Below are positions 27,426-35,760 of a stretch of 64,000 nucleotides of DNA, piece by piece; within the stretch, counting starts at the first letter, position 1, and the number at the start of each line of letters is the position of its first letter. A program made the position numbers and the translations under genes. Origin of the DNA: Steroidobacteraceae bacterium (lineage in GTDB: Bacteria > Pseudomonadota > Gammaproteobacteria > Steroidobacterales > Steroidobacteraceae); contig DAOQXO010000001.1 of NCBI GenBank assembly GCA_035342635.1, positions 18,751 to 82,750 on the forward strand. Direction: 5' to 3'. The notes below the pieces were generated by a model, which saw only the letters and a list, made by a program, of their open reading frames with translations, searched no databases and was not told the DNA's origin.

Positions 27426-29177
27426 TTATTGTTGCTTCTGTGAATTTATCCAGGCATGGACCTGCTCGGTAAGCACGTCCATTGGAACAGGGCCGCTCGC
27501 GAGCACGGTGTCGTGGAAGGCGCGAATGTCGAACCGCCCGCCGAGCGCCGCTTGTGCCTCGCGCCGCAGGTCGAGGATGCGCAGCTGGCCGATCTTGTAG
27601 GCGAGCGCCTGTCCGGGCCAGGCGATATAGCGGTCAACCTCGTTGACGATGTCCGCCTCGGTCTTCGCGGCGTTCGCCTTGAAGTAGTCGATCGCCTGCT
27701 GGCGCGTCCATTGCCTGGCATGGATCCCGGTGTCGACGACGAGGCGCACGGCACGCCACATGTCGTAGGTGAGCTGGCCGAACTTGTCGTACGGGTCGTC
27801 GTAGAGCCCCATCTGCTCGCCGAGCCGCTCGCTGTAGAGCGCCCAGCCCTCGACATAAGCGGTGAAGTCGGCATTGCGCCGGAACAGCGGCAGCGTCCGG
27901 TCCTCCATCGCGAGAGCGATCTGCAGGTGGTGGCCCGGCACCGCCTCGTGCACCGTCAGTACCGGGATCTCGTACTTCGGCCGCACTTCGGGGCGGTAGA
28001 GGTTCACGTAGTAGTAGCCGGCGCGCGAGCCGTCGATCGCCGGGCCCTGGTAGTAGGCGGTGGTCGTGTCCGGGGCGCTGGTCATCGGGATCTCGCGCAC
28101 GCCGTAGGGCGTGCGCGGCAGCTTGCCGAACAGCTTCACGAGTTCGGGGTCGATGCGCTTCGCCATGGCCGCGTAGGCGGTGAACAGTTCCTCGCCGCTC
28201 CCGTAATAGAACTGCGGATCGGTGCGCAGGAAGGCGAGGAACTTCTCGAACGTGCCCTGGAACCGCACTCGCGCGATCACTTCGTCCATCTCGGCACGGA
28301 TCCGAGCCACCTCGCGCAGCCCGATCTCGTGGATGTCGTCGGGCGTGAGGTCGGTGGTGGTATGGAAGGCGGTGCGGTTGGCGTAGAACGCGAGCCCGTC
28401 CGGGGTATCCCAGATGCCGTCCGAGCTGCGCGCGGCCGGCAGGTACTCGTCGCGGAAGAAGGCGTCGAGACGCTTGAACGCCGGGATCACCACCTCGACG
28501 ATCGCGCGTCCGCCGGCGCCGATCAGGCGGGCGCGGTCCTCCTCGCCGATGTCCTCGGGCATGCGCGTGAAGGGTGCGAAGAACGGACTGTCCTCGGCGT
28601 TCGCCGGGATCTGGTTCGCGAGCTGCGCCGGGATCCGCTGCATGATTGAACGGGGCTGGGTGCGCCCCTCGCGGATCGCGGTCGCGAGCATCGCGATGTG
28701 CTGGTCGATATAGGTGCCGAATTTCGTGAGCCGCACGATCCAGGCCTCGTAGTCGGCCACGGTTGCAAACGGCAGCAGCTCGGCGAGTTCGCTCGCGCTC
28801 TGCACGCCGTCGCGCGGCCGGATCGCCTCGTAGAGCCACGGCTTGAAGGGCTGCGCCGCGAGCCGCCGCTCGTATTCCTGCGCAAACAGGTCGTAGTTCA
28901 GCCGGTCGGCGCCCGACAGGCCGTCGCGTGGAATGGCCTTGAGTTCGGCCATCACTGCGGCGTAGCGCGCATAGCGTGCTTCGAGCGCGGCGGCCGACAG
29001 ATCCGGCCATTGGTCCGAGTAGCGGTGATCGCCGAGGTAGTCGGCGGCGGTGGGGTTGTCGCGCAGGTCCGCTTCCCACGCTGCATCGAACAGGGCCTGC
29101 AGGCGGGCATCGGTCGCGAGCGAGGTGCCGGGTGCCGCGATGAGGCTCGCGGCGAGCAGCCAGAGGAGCTTGCGCAT
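27426..29177 (-). CDS. Secreted DUF885-family protein (metallopeptidase-like HExxH variant)
   Basis: ATG 29177 gives the signal peptide MRKLLWLLAASLIAAPGTSLA (the ORF track starts 6 codons earlier at a TTG). DUF885 hallmark TVHEAVPGHHLQ. Long helical N-terminal region. Confidence 0.8.
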   Translation of the reverse strand: MRKLLWLLAASLIAAPGTSLATDARLQALFDAAWEADLRDNPTAADYLGDHRYSDQWPDLSAAALEARYARYAAVMAELKAIPRDGLSGADRLNYDLFAQEYERRLAAQPFKPWLYEAIRPRDGVQSASELAELLPFATVADYEAWIVRLTKFGTYIDQHIAMLATAIREGRTQPRSIMQRIPAQLANQIPANAEDSPFFAPFTRMPEDIGEEDRARLIGAGGRAIVEVVIPAFKRLDAFFRDEYLPAARSSDGIWDTPDGLAFYANRTAFHTTTDLTPDDIHEIGLREVARIRAEMDEVIARVRFQGTFEKFLAFLRTDPQFYYGSGEELFTAYAAMAKRIDPELVKLFGKLPRTPYGVREIPMTSAPDTTTAYYQGPAIDGSRAGYYYVNLYRPEVRPKYEIPVLTVHEAVPGHHLQIALAMEDRTLPLFRRNADFTAYVEGWALYSERLGEQMGLYDDPYDKFGQLTYDMWRAVRLVVDTGIHARQWTRQQAIDYFKANAAKTEADIVNEVDRYIAWPGQALAYKIGQLRILDLRREAQAALGGRFDIRAFHDTVLASGPVPMDVLTEQVHAWINSQKQQ

Positions 29178-29214
29178 GCGCCGATTGTGCGGCAATCGCG
29201 CCGTGGCGCAACTC

Positions 29215-29688
29215 TCAGGCCGGATCTAGCCGCAGCTGTCCCATGCTGGGCCGAAAGCGCAGCCTGCGCGCCACGCCGTACTCGACCTCGTGCGACACGA
29301 TCCGCACGCCCGCGTCGATCAGATACTCGCCGATCAGCGCGAGCACCGCGGCGGCGGCCTGGCGCGCCGGCTCGCCCGATTCGACGCTGGCGGCAATCTT
29401 GCCCTGCACGTCGACGCCCCGCTCCATGGCGTCCCGGAAGCCCTCGACGCAACGGTCGAGCAGCAGCAGGTCCGAGGCGAGGGTGCGGTCGGTGACGTCG
29501 CCCTGGTTCGCGCCGCGGGCGATGAAGCGCAGGTGCAGGAGTGCCCCGTGCTCCTCGACCGCGTCGTACAGGCACACCGCCAGCGTCCCGTCGAGGAGCG
29601 CCGAAAAAAGGACATCATCCGACGCCACATCGAAGTGGTCGGGCGGGACCTCGACTCGGCGCGGATCGGGGTGCAGCACACCGCGCAT
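29215..29688 (-). CDS. CheD-like protein (chemoreceptor glutamine deamidase fold), catalytic Cys apparently absent
   Basis: 157 aa. By-eye alignment to CheD: LAVCLYDAVEEHGALLHLRF vs CVAVCMRDPVAKVGAMAHVMLP, and C-terminal GVRIVSHEVEYGVARRLRFRPSMGQLRL vs GIKLVAEDTGGNRARSVEYNIETGKLLV. The GSC nucleophile position reads DGT. Confidence 0.45.
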   Translation of the reverse strand: MRGVLHPDPRRVEVPPDHFDVASDDVLFSALLDGTLAVCLYDAVEEHGALLHLRFIARGANQGDVTDRTLASDLLLLDRCVEGFRDAMERGVDVQGKIAASVESGEPARQAAAAVLALIGEYLIDAGVRIVSHEVEYGVARRLRFRPSMGQLRLDPA

Positions 29689-29799
29689 GGTGCGGGTTTC
29701 CGGCGGCCGGAACCTTGAACTGCATCACGGGCGGCACATGGCTAGAATGGTGCCCGCGGCACACTGCCGCCGATTCGCGACACGCAAGGGGACTCGGCA

Positions 29800-30747
<948 letters not shown>

Positions 30748-30749
30748 CG

Positions 30750-31196
30750 ATGAAGGAATTCCTGATGCAGATCGAGTGGTGGCACTGGTGGATTGCCGCC
30801 GCGGTGCTCGCCGCCCTCGAGACTTTCATGCCCGGGGCGGTCGCGATCTGGTTCGCGGTCGCGGCCGCGGTCGTCGGGGCGCTGGTGCTGGTCCTGCCCG
30901 TGCCGTGGCAGCTGCAGCTCGTGCTGTTCGGTGCGCTCGGGCTGGGGGCGATTTTCGCCTATCGCGCCTACGCGCGACGCAATCCGGCAACGTCGGCCCA
31001 GCCGAACCTGAATCAGCGCGGCGCGCAGTACGTCGGCCGGGAGCTCACGCTGGTCGAGCCGATCCAGCAGGGCTTCGGCAAGGTGCGCGTCGGCGATACA
31101 GTCTGGAAAGTCACCGGGCCGCCGCTCGGTATCGGCGCGAAGGTCCGGGTGACGGGAGTCGATGGTGCGGTATTGATCGTCGAGGCCGCACCGTAA
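30750..31196 (+). CDS. NfeD-family membrane protein (short form, OB-fold C-terminus)
   Basis: ATG 30750 lies 2 nt after the SPFH stop. Three TM helices are followed by GFGKVRVGDTVWKVTGP...GAKVRVTGVDGAVLIVE, typical of the NfeD C-terminal domain. Confidence 0.85.
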   Translation: MKEFLMQIEWWHWWIAAAVLAALETFMPGAVAIWFAVAAAVVGALVLVLPVPWQLQLVLFGALGLGAIFAYRAYARRNPATSAQPNLNQRGAQYVGRELTLVEPIQQGFGKVRVGDTVWKVTGPPLGIGAKVRVTGVDGAVLIVEAAP

Positions 31197-31227
31197 GCCC
31201 AACGCTGTAGCGGCAGAGGAGGTCGCC

Positions 31228-31653
31228 ATGCTGGTACGTCACGTGCTCGACAGGAAGGGCTCGGCGGTGCATGCCATCGGACCGGACGCCACGGTGCTCG
31301 AAGCGCTCAGGCTCATGGCCACGCACGGCATCGGCGCATTGCTGGTCATGCAGGGCGACAAGGTGCTCGGCGTCATTTCCGAGCGCGACTACGCGCGCAA
31401 GGTGGCGCTGCTGGGGCGGGCGTCGCACGACACGCCGGTCTCGCAGATCATGACCTCCCCCGCCGTCACCGTGGCGCCCGACGACACGGTCGATTCGTGC
31501 ATGCGCGTGGTCACCGACAAGCGCATCCGTCATCTGCCCGTGATCGCCAATGGCCGCGTGGTCGGCGTGCTGTCGATCGGCGATCTCGTCAAGACGCTCA
31601 TCGGCGAGCAGCGCGAGACGATCGAGCAGCTCGAAGCGTACATACGGAGCTGA
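31228..31653 (+). CDS. CBS-pair domain protein
   Basis: 141 aa with a strong SD (AGAGGAGG). Two CBS repeats are present (GIGALLVMQGDKVLGVISERD; RIRHLPVIANGRVVGVLSIGD). Confidence 0.88.
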   Translation: MLVRHVLDRKGSAVHAIGPDATVLEALRLMATHGIGALLVMQGDKVLGVISERDYARKVALLGRASHDTPVSQIMTSPAVTVAPDDTVDSCMRVVTDKRIRHLPVIANGRVVGVLSIGDLVKTLIGEQRETIEQLEAYIRS

Positions 31654-31687
31654 GAGCCCGGGGCGGGTGCCCGGAGCCAGAGGACCA

Positions 31688-33499
31688 ATGCGCTTGCCGT
31701 GGCTGCTGTCGGCGTTGCTTGCGGGGCTCGGGGCCTGCCTGCCGGCCGTGTGCGCCCCGGCCGCGGCAACCGCGGCGCGCTGCGAGACCGCGTGGTCGTG
31801 CGAAGGCGTCGCGCGCATCGTCGCCGTGGGGGATGTGCACGGTGCGCTGGCCGAATTCACCTCGATCCTGCGTGCCGCGGGCATCATCGACGACGCGGGT
31901 AACTGGGCGGGTGGCGAGAGCTTCCTCGTCAGCACCGGCGACCTGATCGACCGCGGACCCGAATCGCTTGCGGTAATCGAGCTCCTGCGGCGCCTCGAAA
32001 CCGAGGCGCAGGCCGCGGGTGGGCGCGTGCTCGTGACCCTCGGCAATCACGAGGAGATGAACCTCATCGGCGATCTGCGTTACCTCGTCGCGGCCGACTA
32101 TGCCGCGTTCGCCTCGAAGGAGGCCGCGGCGGGCGAAGGCGCGGCGGGCGAAGGCGCGGCAGCGGCGAGCCGGCTGCCGCCCGGCTGGCGCGCGCGCCAG
32201 CAGGCCTTCAGCCCGGACGGCGACATCGGCCAGTGGCTGCTGGCTCGCCCGCTGATGGTGCGCGTGAACGGCGTGCTGTTCACCCACGGCGGCCTGCCGC
32301 CCACCCTCGCCGGCACATCCCTCGAGGAACTCAACACTTCGTCACTGCACCGGGATCTGGTCGACTACGCCGTCACATGGCATGCGCTGATCGCCGCCGG
32401 CCTCCTCGATGCCGACACCGATGACGCGGCGCGCGTCGCGCTCGCGAAGGAGCGCCTGGCCGCTCGCGCGGGCGCCGATCGGGAACGCCTCGCCGCGCTG
32501 GTCGCGACGCTCGAGCGAACCGATGCTTCGCCCGTGCTCGGCATCGCCGGGCCGCTCTGGTATCGGGGCAGCGCGATGTGCCACAGCGCGTTCGAGACCG
32601 ATACGGTGTCGAGCGTGCTCGCCCAGCTCGAAGCGGGGAGCGTCGTGATCGGCCACACGATCACCACCACCAGGCGCATCACCACCCGGATGGCGGATCG
32701 CGTCACGATGATCGATACCGGCATGCTGCCCGAGTACCGCGGTCAGCCCTCCGCGCTCGTGATCGAGGGCGACGCGCGCGGCGTGATCTACGCCAGGGCC
32801 CCCGGCGAGCGTGCCGTGCCCGAACGCGAGGCGCGGCGGGTGGGCGAGCGCCCGGGTGGCCTCACCGACGATCAGCTCGAGGAGTTCCTGCACCATGCCG
32901 ATGTCGTCGCGAACGAAGCACCGCCGCCGGAGCGCGCGGGCGCGCGCCTGCTGACATTGCGGCGGGGCGACCTGCGCCTGCGGGCGCTCTTCATCACTGC
33001 GCCGCCCGCGGGCCGCTGGCAGCATGAAGTGGCGGCCTATCGACTCGATCGCCTGCTCGGCATAGACATGGTGCCGGTCACCGTCGAACGCAGGATCGAC
33101 GGCGAGGCAGGTGCGCTGCAGTTCTGGATCGAGAAGGCGGCAAGCGCCGCGATCGTCGAACGTGACCGGATACGGCTGCCGGGCTGGTGCAGCCTCGAGT
33201 CGCAGTACGGGTTGATGCGCGCATTCGATGCGCTCGCAGGATTCGCCGGGCGCCGATCGGAGAACGTGCTGCTCGGGCGCGAAGACGGCCTCGCGCGCCT
33301 GGTCGATTTCGCCGCCGCCTTCAGCAGCGCGCGCGGGCTCGACCGGCGCGTCGCGCAGCCGCCGGTCGGCGCCGAACTCGCGCGCCGCCTCGCCACGCTC
33401 GACGCGGCGAAGCTGGCCGAGTCCCTGTCGCCGTGGCTCGGTCGCGCGCAGCAGAGGGCGATCCTCGCGCGACGCGATGCGCTGCTCGCCGGGCGCTGA
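31688..33499 (+). CDS. Secreted PPP-type metallophosphoesterase fused to a C-terminal atypical kinase-like domain
   Basis: ATG 31688 gives the signal peptide MRLPWLLSALLAGLGACLPAVCAPAAA. PPP motifs are GDVHG, GDLIDRG, GNHE and a later GH. The C-terminal ~200 aa resemble the protein encoded at 40299..41267 (HEVAAYRLDRLLG / LQFWIEKAAS / SENVLL / LVDFAAAF). Confidence 0.75.
   Translation: MRLPWLLSALLAGLGACLPAVCAPAAATAARCETAWSCEGVARIVAVGDVHGALAEFTSILRAAGIIDDAGNWAGGESFLVSTGDLIDRGPESLAVIELLRRLETEAQAAGGRVLVTLGNHEEMNLIGDLRYLVAADYAAFASKEAAAGEGAAGEGAAAASRLPPGWRARQQAFSPDGDIGQWLLARPLMVRVNGVLFTHGGLPPTLAGTSLEELNTSSLHRDLVDYAVTWHALIAAGLLDADTDDAARVALAKERLAARAGADRERLAALVATLERTDASPVLGIAGPLWYRGSAMCHSAFETDTVSSVLAQLEAGSVVIGHTITTTRRITTRMADRVTMIDTGMLPEYRGQPSALVIEGDARGVIYARAPGERAVPEREARRVGERPGGLTDDQLEEFLHHADVVANEAPPPERAGARLLTLRRGDLRLRALFITAPPAGRWQHEVAAYRLDRLLGIDMVPVTVERRIDGEAGALQFWIEKAASAAIVERDRIRLPGWCSLESQYGLMRAFDALAGFAGRRSENVLLGREDGLARLVDFAAAFSSARGLDRRVAQPPVGAELARRLATLDAAKLAESLSPWLGRAQQRAILARRDALLAGR
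32126..32160 (+). repeat. In-frame 15-bp tandem repeat (2.3 copies) inside the phosphatase gene
   Basis: gcggcgggcgaaggc occurs at 32126..32140 and again at 32141..32155, then a partial gcggc. It encodes AAGEGAAGEGAA. Confidence 0.9.
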
Positions 33500-33513
33500 G
33501 CGCCGCCGGCGGT

Positions 33514-34023
33514 CTAGAACGCCTTCGCGATTATCGCCACGGTGAGCGTGGCGTGGATGCCGGCGAACAGCCACGGCACCAGCAGCTCGACCCGGGTGAT
33601 CTGCAGGTAATCGCGGCGCGAGCGGTCGGCTTCGAGCGCGACCCACTCGGCTGCATAGGGTGCGAGCGGCAATCCCTTCTCCATCGCGAGGATCACCCTG
33701 AACTTGCCGGCGTTCAGCTGCCGGTAGGACAGCACCATCATCCACCACGCCGCGCACATCAGGATCGCGGCGCATGCGGGCGCGAGCACCAGTGCGCGCG
33801 TCGTGATCAGGCCCGCCCGCAGCGCGAACACCAGCGCGCCGACCACCGCGGTGTTCATGCCGACGAAGAAAGAGTTGGCGAGCATGCGCCGGTTGCTGAC
33901 ACGGTCGGCCATCTCCACGTACATCTGGTACTGGCGCAGCGAGTGGTAGCGGTAGTCGTCGCCGTACCTGTCCTCGGGCGTCGAGAACAGGGCCTTGTTG
34001 ATGTTCTCTTCGGTACCGGGCAT
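33514..34023 (-). CDS. Small 3-TM membrane protein, third gene of the STAND/SLOG operon (SLATT-like or RipA-like; family uncertain)
   Basis: ATG 34023 lies 11 nt after the stop of the upstream gene (TAGGAACCACGGCCATG). The 169-aa product has an amphipathic helix YQMYVEMADRVSNRRMLANSFF, two adjacent TM helices, SYRQLNAGKFRVILAMEKGLP, and a third C-terminal TM. The long N-terminal extension of ORF 33514..34872 is rejected. Confidence 0.75.
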   Translation of the reverse strand: MPGTEENINKALFSTPEDRYGDDYRYHSLRQYQMYVEMADRVSNRRMLANSFFVGMNTAVVGALVFALRAGLITTRALVLAPACAAILMCAAWWMMVLSYRQLNAGKFRVILAMEKGLPLAPYAAEWVALEADRSRRDYLQITRVELLVPWLFAGIHATLTVAIIAKAF

Positions 34024-34034
34024 GGCCGTGGTTC

Positions 34035-35738
34035 CTAGTGTGAAGGCAGGTGGCGCAGTTTGCGATCGCGGTTCAGCAGCACCCAGGTCGCGTGTTCGGA
34101 CAGGGCCGCCCGCGCGAGTGAATAAAGCACGGCGCGCCGCCGCTCGTCCCCAGCTGCGCCCTGCAGGTGCGTGCGCGCCTCGTCGAACAGGCGGTACATG
34201 TAGCCATACTGGCGGGCCAGTTCCTTGGCGGCGGTCTTCTGCAGCCAGGCTTCGAGCAGACCGGCCACGAGCGGCAGCAGGCCCATCGTGACGACGAGCG
34301 GCGTTTTCACGTAGGGAACGTGTAGCACCGGGATGAAGCACAGCACCGCGGCCGCGGTGAGGCCCAGCACGAGCGTGACCGCGCCAATGCGTTCGGTGAG
34401 CGCGATCATGCGCCGGCGCCGTTCGCCGGCGCGCCAGAAATAGGCGAGCTGGCCGCCACCGCGGTCCTTGGTCAGGTCGAGCGAACCGACCCAATGCTCG
34501 ATCACATGCTCGATGCCGCCGCTCACGCCGGTGCGCCCCGCATCGTGCATCTCGAAGTCGACCGCGCGCATCGCGGTGCGGATCCAGTCGAGTTCGGTGT
34601 CCTGGCGGCGCAGGAAACTCTCGTCGCCGGTGTGCAGCCTGCCCTCGTCGCGCACGCCGGCGATACGCAGGTAGAACTGCACGCGCAGCCCCTCGCACAG
34701 CGCACGATACTCGAGATGGTCGCGGTGCCAGCCACGACCCTCGGCAAAACGGCTGAGCGCGATGGTCGTGAGCGCGGCTCCGAAGAACAGATAGATGAGT
34801 CCCCACATCGCCGGGATCTTCGAATACAGCACGAACGCGCAACCCATCACCGCGCCGATCGCATAGGTCCACGCGGTGATGCGCATCAGGCGCCGCCGAT
34901 GCTGGGTCGCAAGTCCGTCCGCGACCGCGATCAGGCGCGCACAGCGCGCGATCGCGGGCGGCGCGCCGACGAACGGTACGCTGCCAGGTCCGGCCAGATC
35001 GCCGGCGGCGGCGGCGGCGGCGTTGAACTCCTCGGTGCGATCGAGCACGTGCCGGTTGAGGTCTGGCATCGCATCGTGCAGGGCGGAGCGTCCGCCGGCG
35101 AACTCGTGGACGTAGCCTGCCGCGAGCGGATGGTGGCCGTTCGTCGGCTTGCCGTTAGGTCGCGCGCGCGACACGAGGATGTGGAACACGAGCGAATTGT
35201 CTACCTCGCCGAGCGCGAGATCGCGCAGGTCCTCGACCGCGGGCCGCACGCCGCCGCGCGACGCGAGCCGGTAATCCACCACCGCCGCCGTGCCGCCGGG
35301 GCTCGCCGCCGGCTTGCCGTCCCACAGCGCAAGCAGGATGTAGCAGTAGCGCGCGAGGAAGTCGCCGGCACTGGCGTACAGCGTGTCGCGGTCGTAGCTG
35401 GCTTCCCCGGATGCGAGATCGAGTACGCGCGAGGCGGCGCGCAACTTGTCGAAGCGCCCGCGCGCCGCATCGTCGGTCATCTGCGAGCGGTAGTCCTCGA
35501 GCGGCAGCGGCTGCAGGAACACGAGCTCGAGCCCGAGCGCGAGGGCCTCCTCGGCGACCAGCAGGTCGGCGCCCTCGGCAAGCTGCGAGGCGACCACGAT
35601 CGGCGTGTGCGGCCAGCGCTCGCGCAGGCCCTGCAGGAACTCGTGCACGCGTTCGCGGATCGCCGGCAGCTCGCTGTCGACGAGATCGCGGTGGCCGGTG
35701 ACACCGATGACGAGGGGAATGGCTGCGGGCAGTTCCAT
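34035..35738 (-). CDS. SLOG-like (DprA/LOG-type Rossmann) domain fused to two tandem SLATT/DUF4231-like 2-TM modules
   Basis: ATG 35738 (MELPAAIPLVIGVTGHRDL) lies 22 nt after the stop of the NTPase gene. N-terminal motifs are VIGVTGHRD, SQLAEGADLLVAEEA (cf. DprA SGxAxGID) and SPGGTAAVV (cf. LOG PGGxGT). TM pairs fall at residues ~287-330 and ~450-497, each preceded by an RRR(R) helix and followed by a W...E.L...Y helix. Confidence 0.7.
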   Translation of the reverse strand: MELPAAIPLVIGVTGHRDLVDSELPAIRERVHEFLQGLRERWPHTPIVVASQLAEGADLLVAEEALALGLELVFLQPLPLEDYRSQMTDDAARGRFDKLRAASRVLDLASGEASYDRDTLYASAGDFLARYCYILLALWDGKPAASPGGTAAVVDYRLASRGGVRPAVEDLRDLALGEVDNSLVFHILVSRARPNGKPTNGHHPLAAGYVHEFAGGRSALHDAMPDLNRHVLDRTEEFNAAAAAAGDLAGPGSVPFVGAPPAIARCARLIAVADGLATQHRRRLMRITAWTYAIGAVMGCAFVLYSKIPAMWGLIYLFFGAALTTIALSRFAEGRGWHRDHLEYRALCEGLRVQFYLRIAGVRDEGRLHTGDESFLRRQDTELDWIRTAMRAVDFEMHDAGRTGVSGGIEHVIEHWVGSLDLTKDRGGGQLAYFWRAGERRRRMIALTERIGAVTLVLGLTAAAVLCFIPVLHVPYVKTPLVVTMGLLPLVAGLLEAWLQKTAAKELARQYGYMYRLFDEARTHLQGAAGDERRRAVLYSLARAALSEHATWVLLNRDRKLRHLPSH

Positions 35739-35760
35739 TTGCGGGGCGGTTCTCCCTGTG

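Noticed and set aside
33503-33512. Perfect 10-nt palindrome ccgccggcgg between the convergent phosphatase gene and gene C, considered as a bidirectional terminator.
   Set aside because: It has no loop and no flanking T/A tracts, and only 14 nt separate the two stop codons. It is more likely chance in GC-rich DNA.
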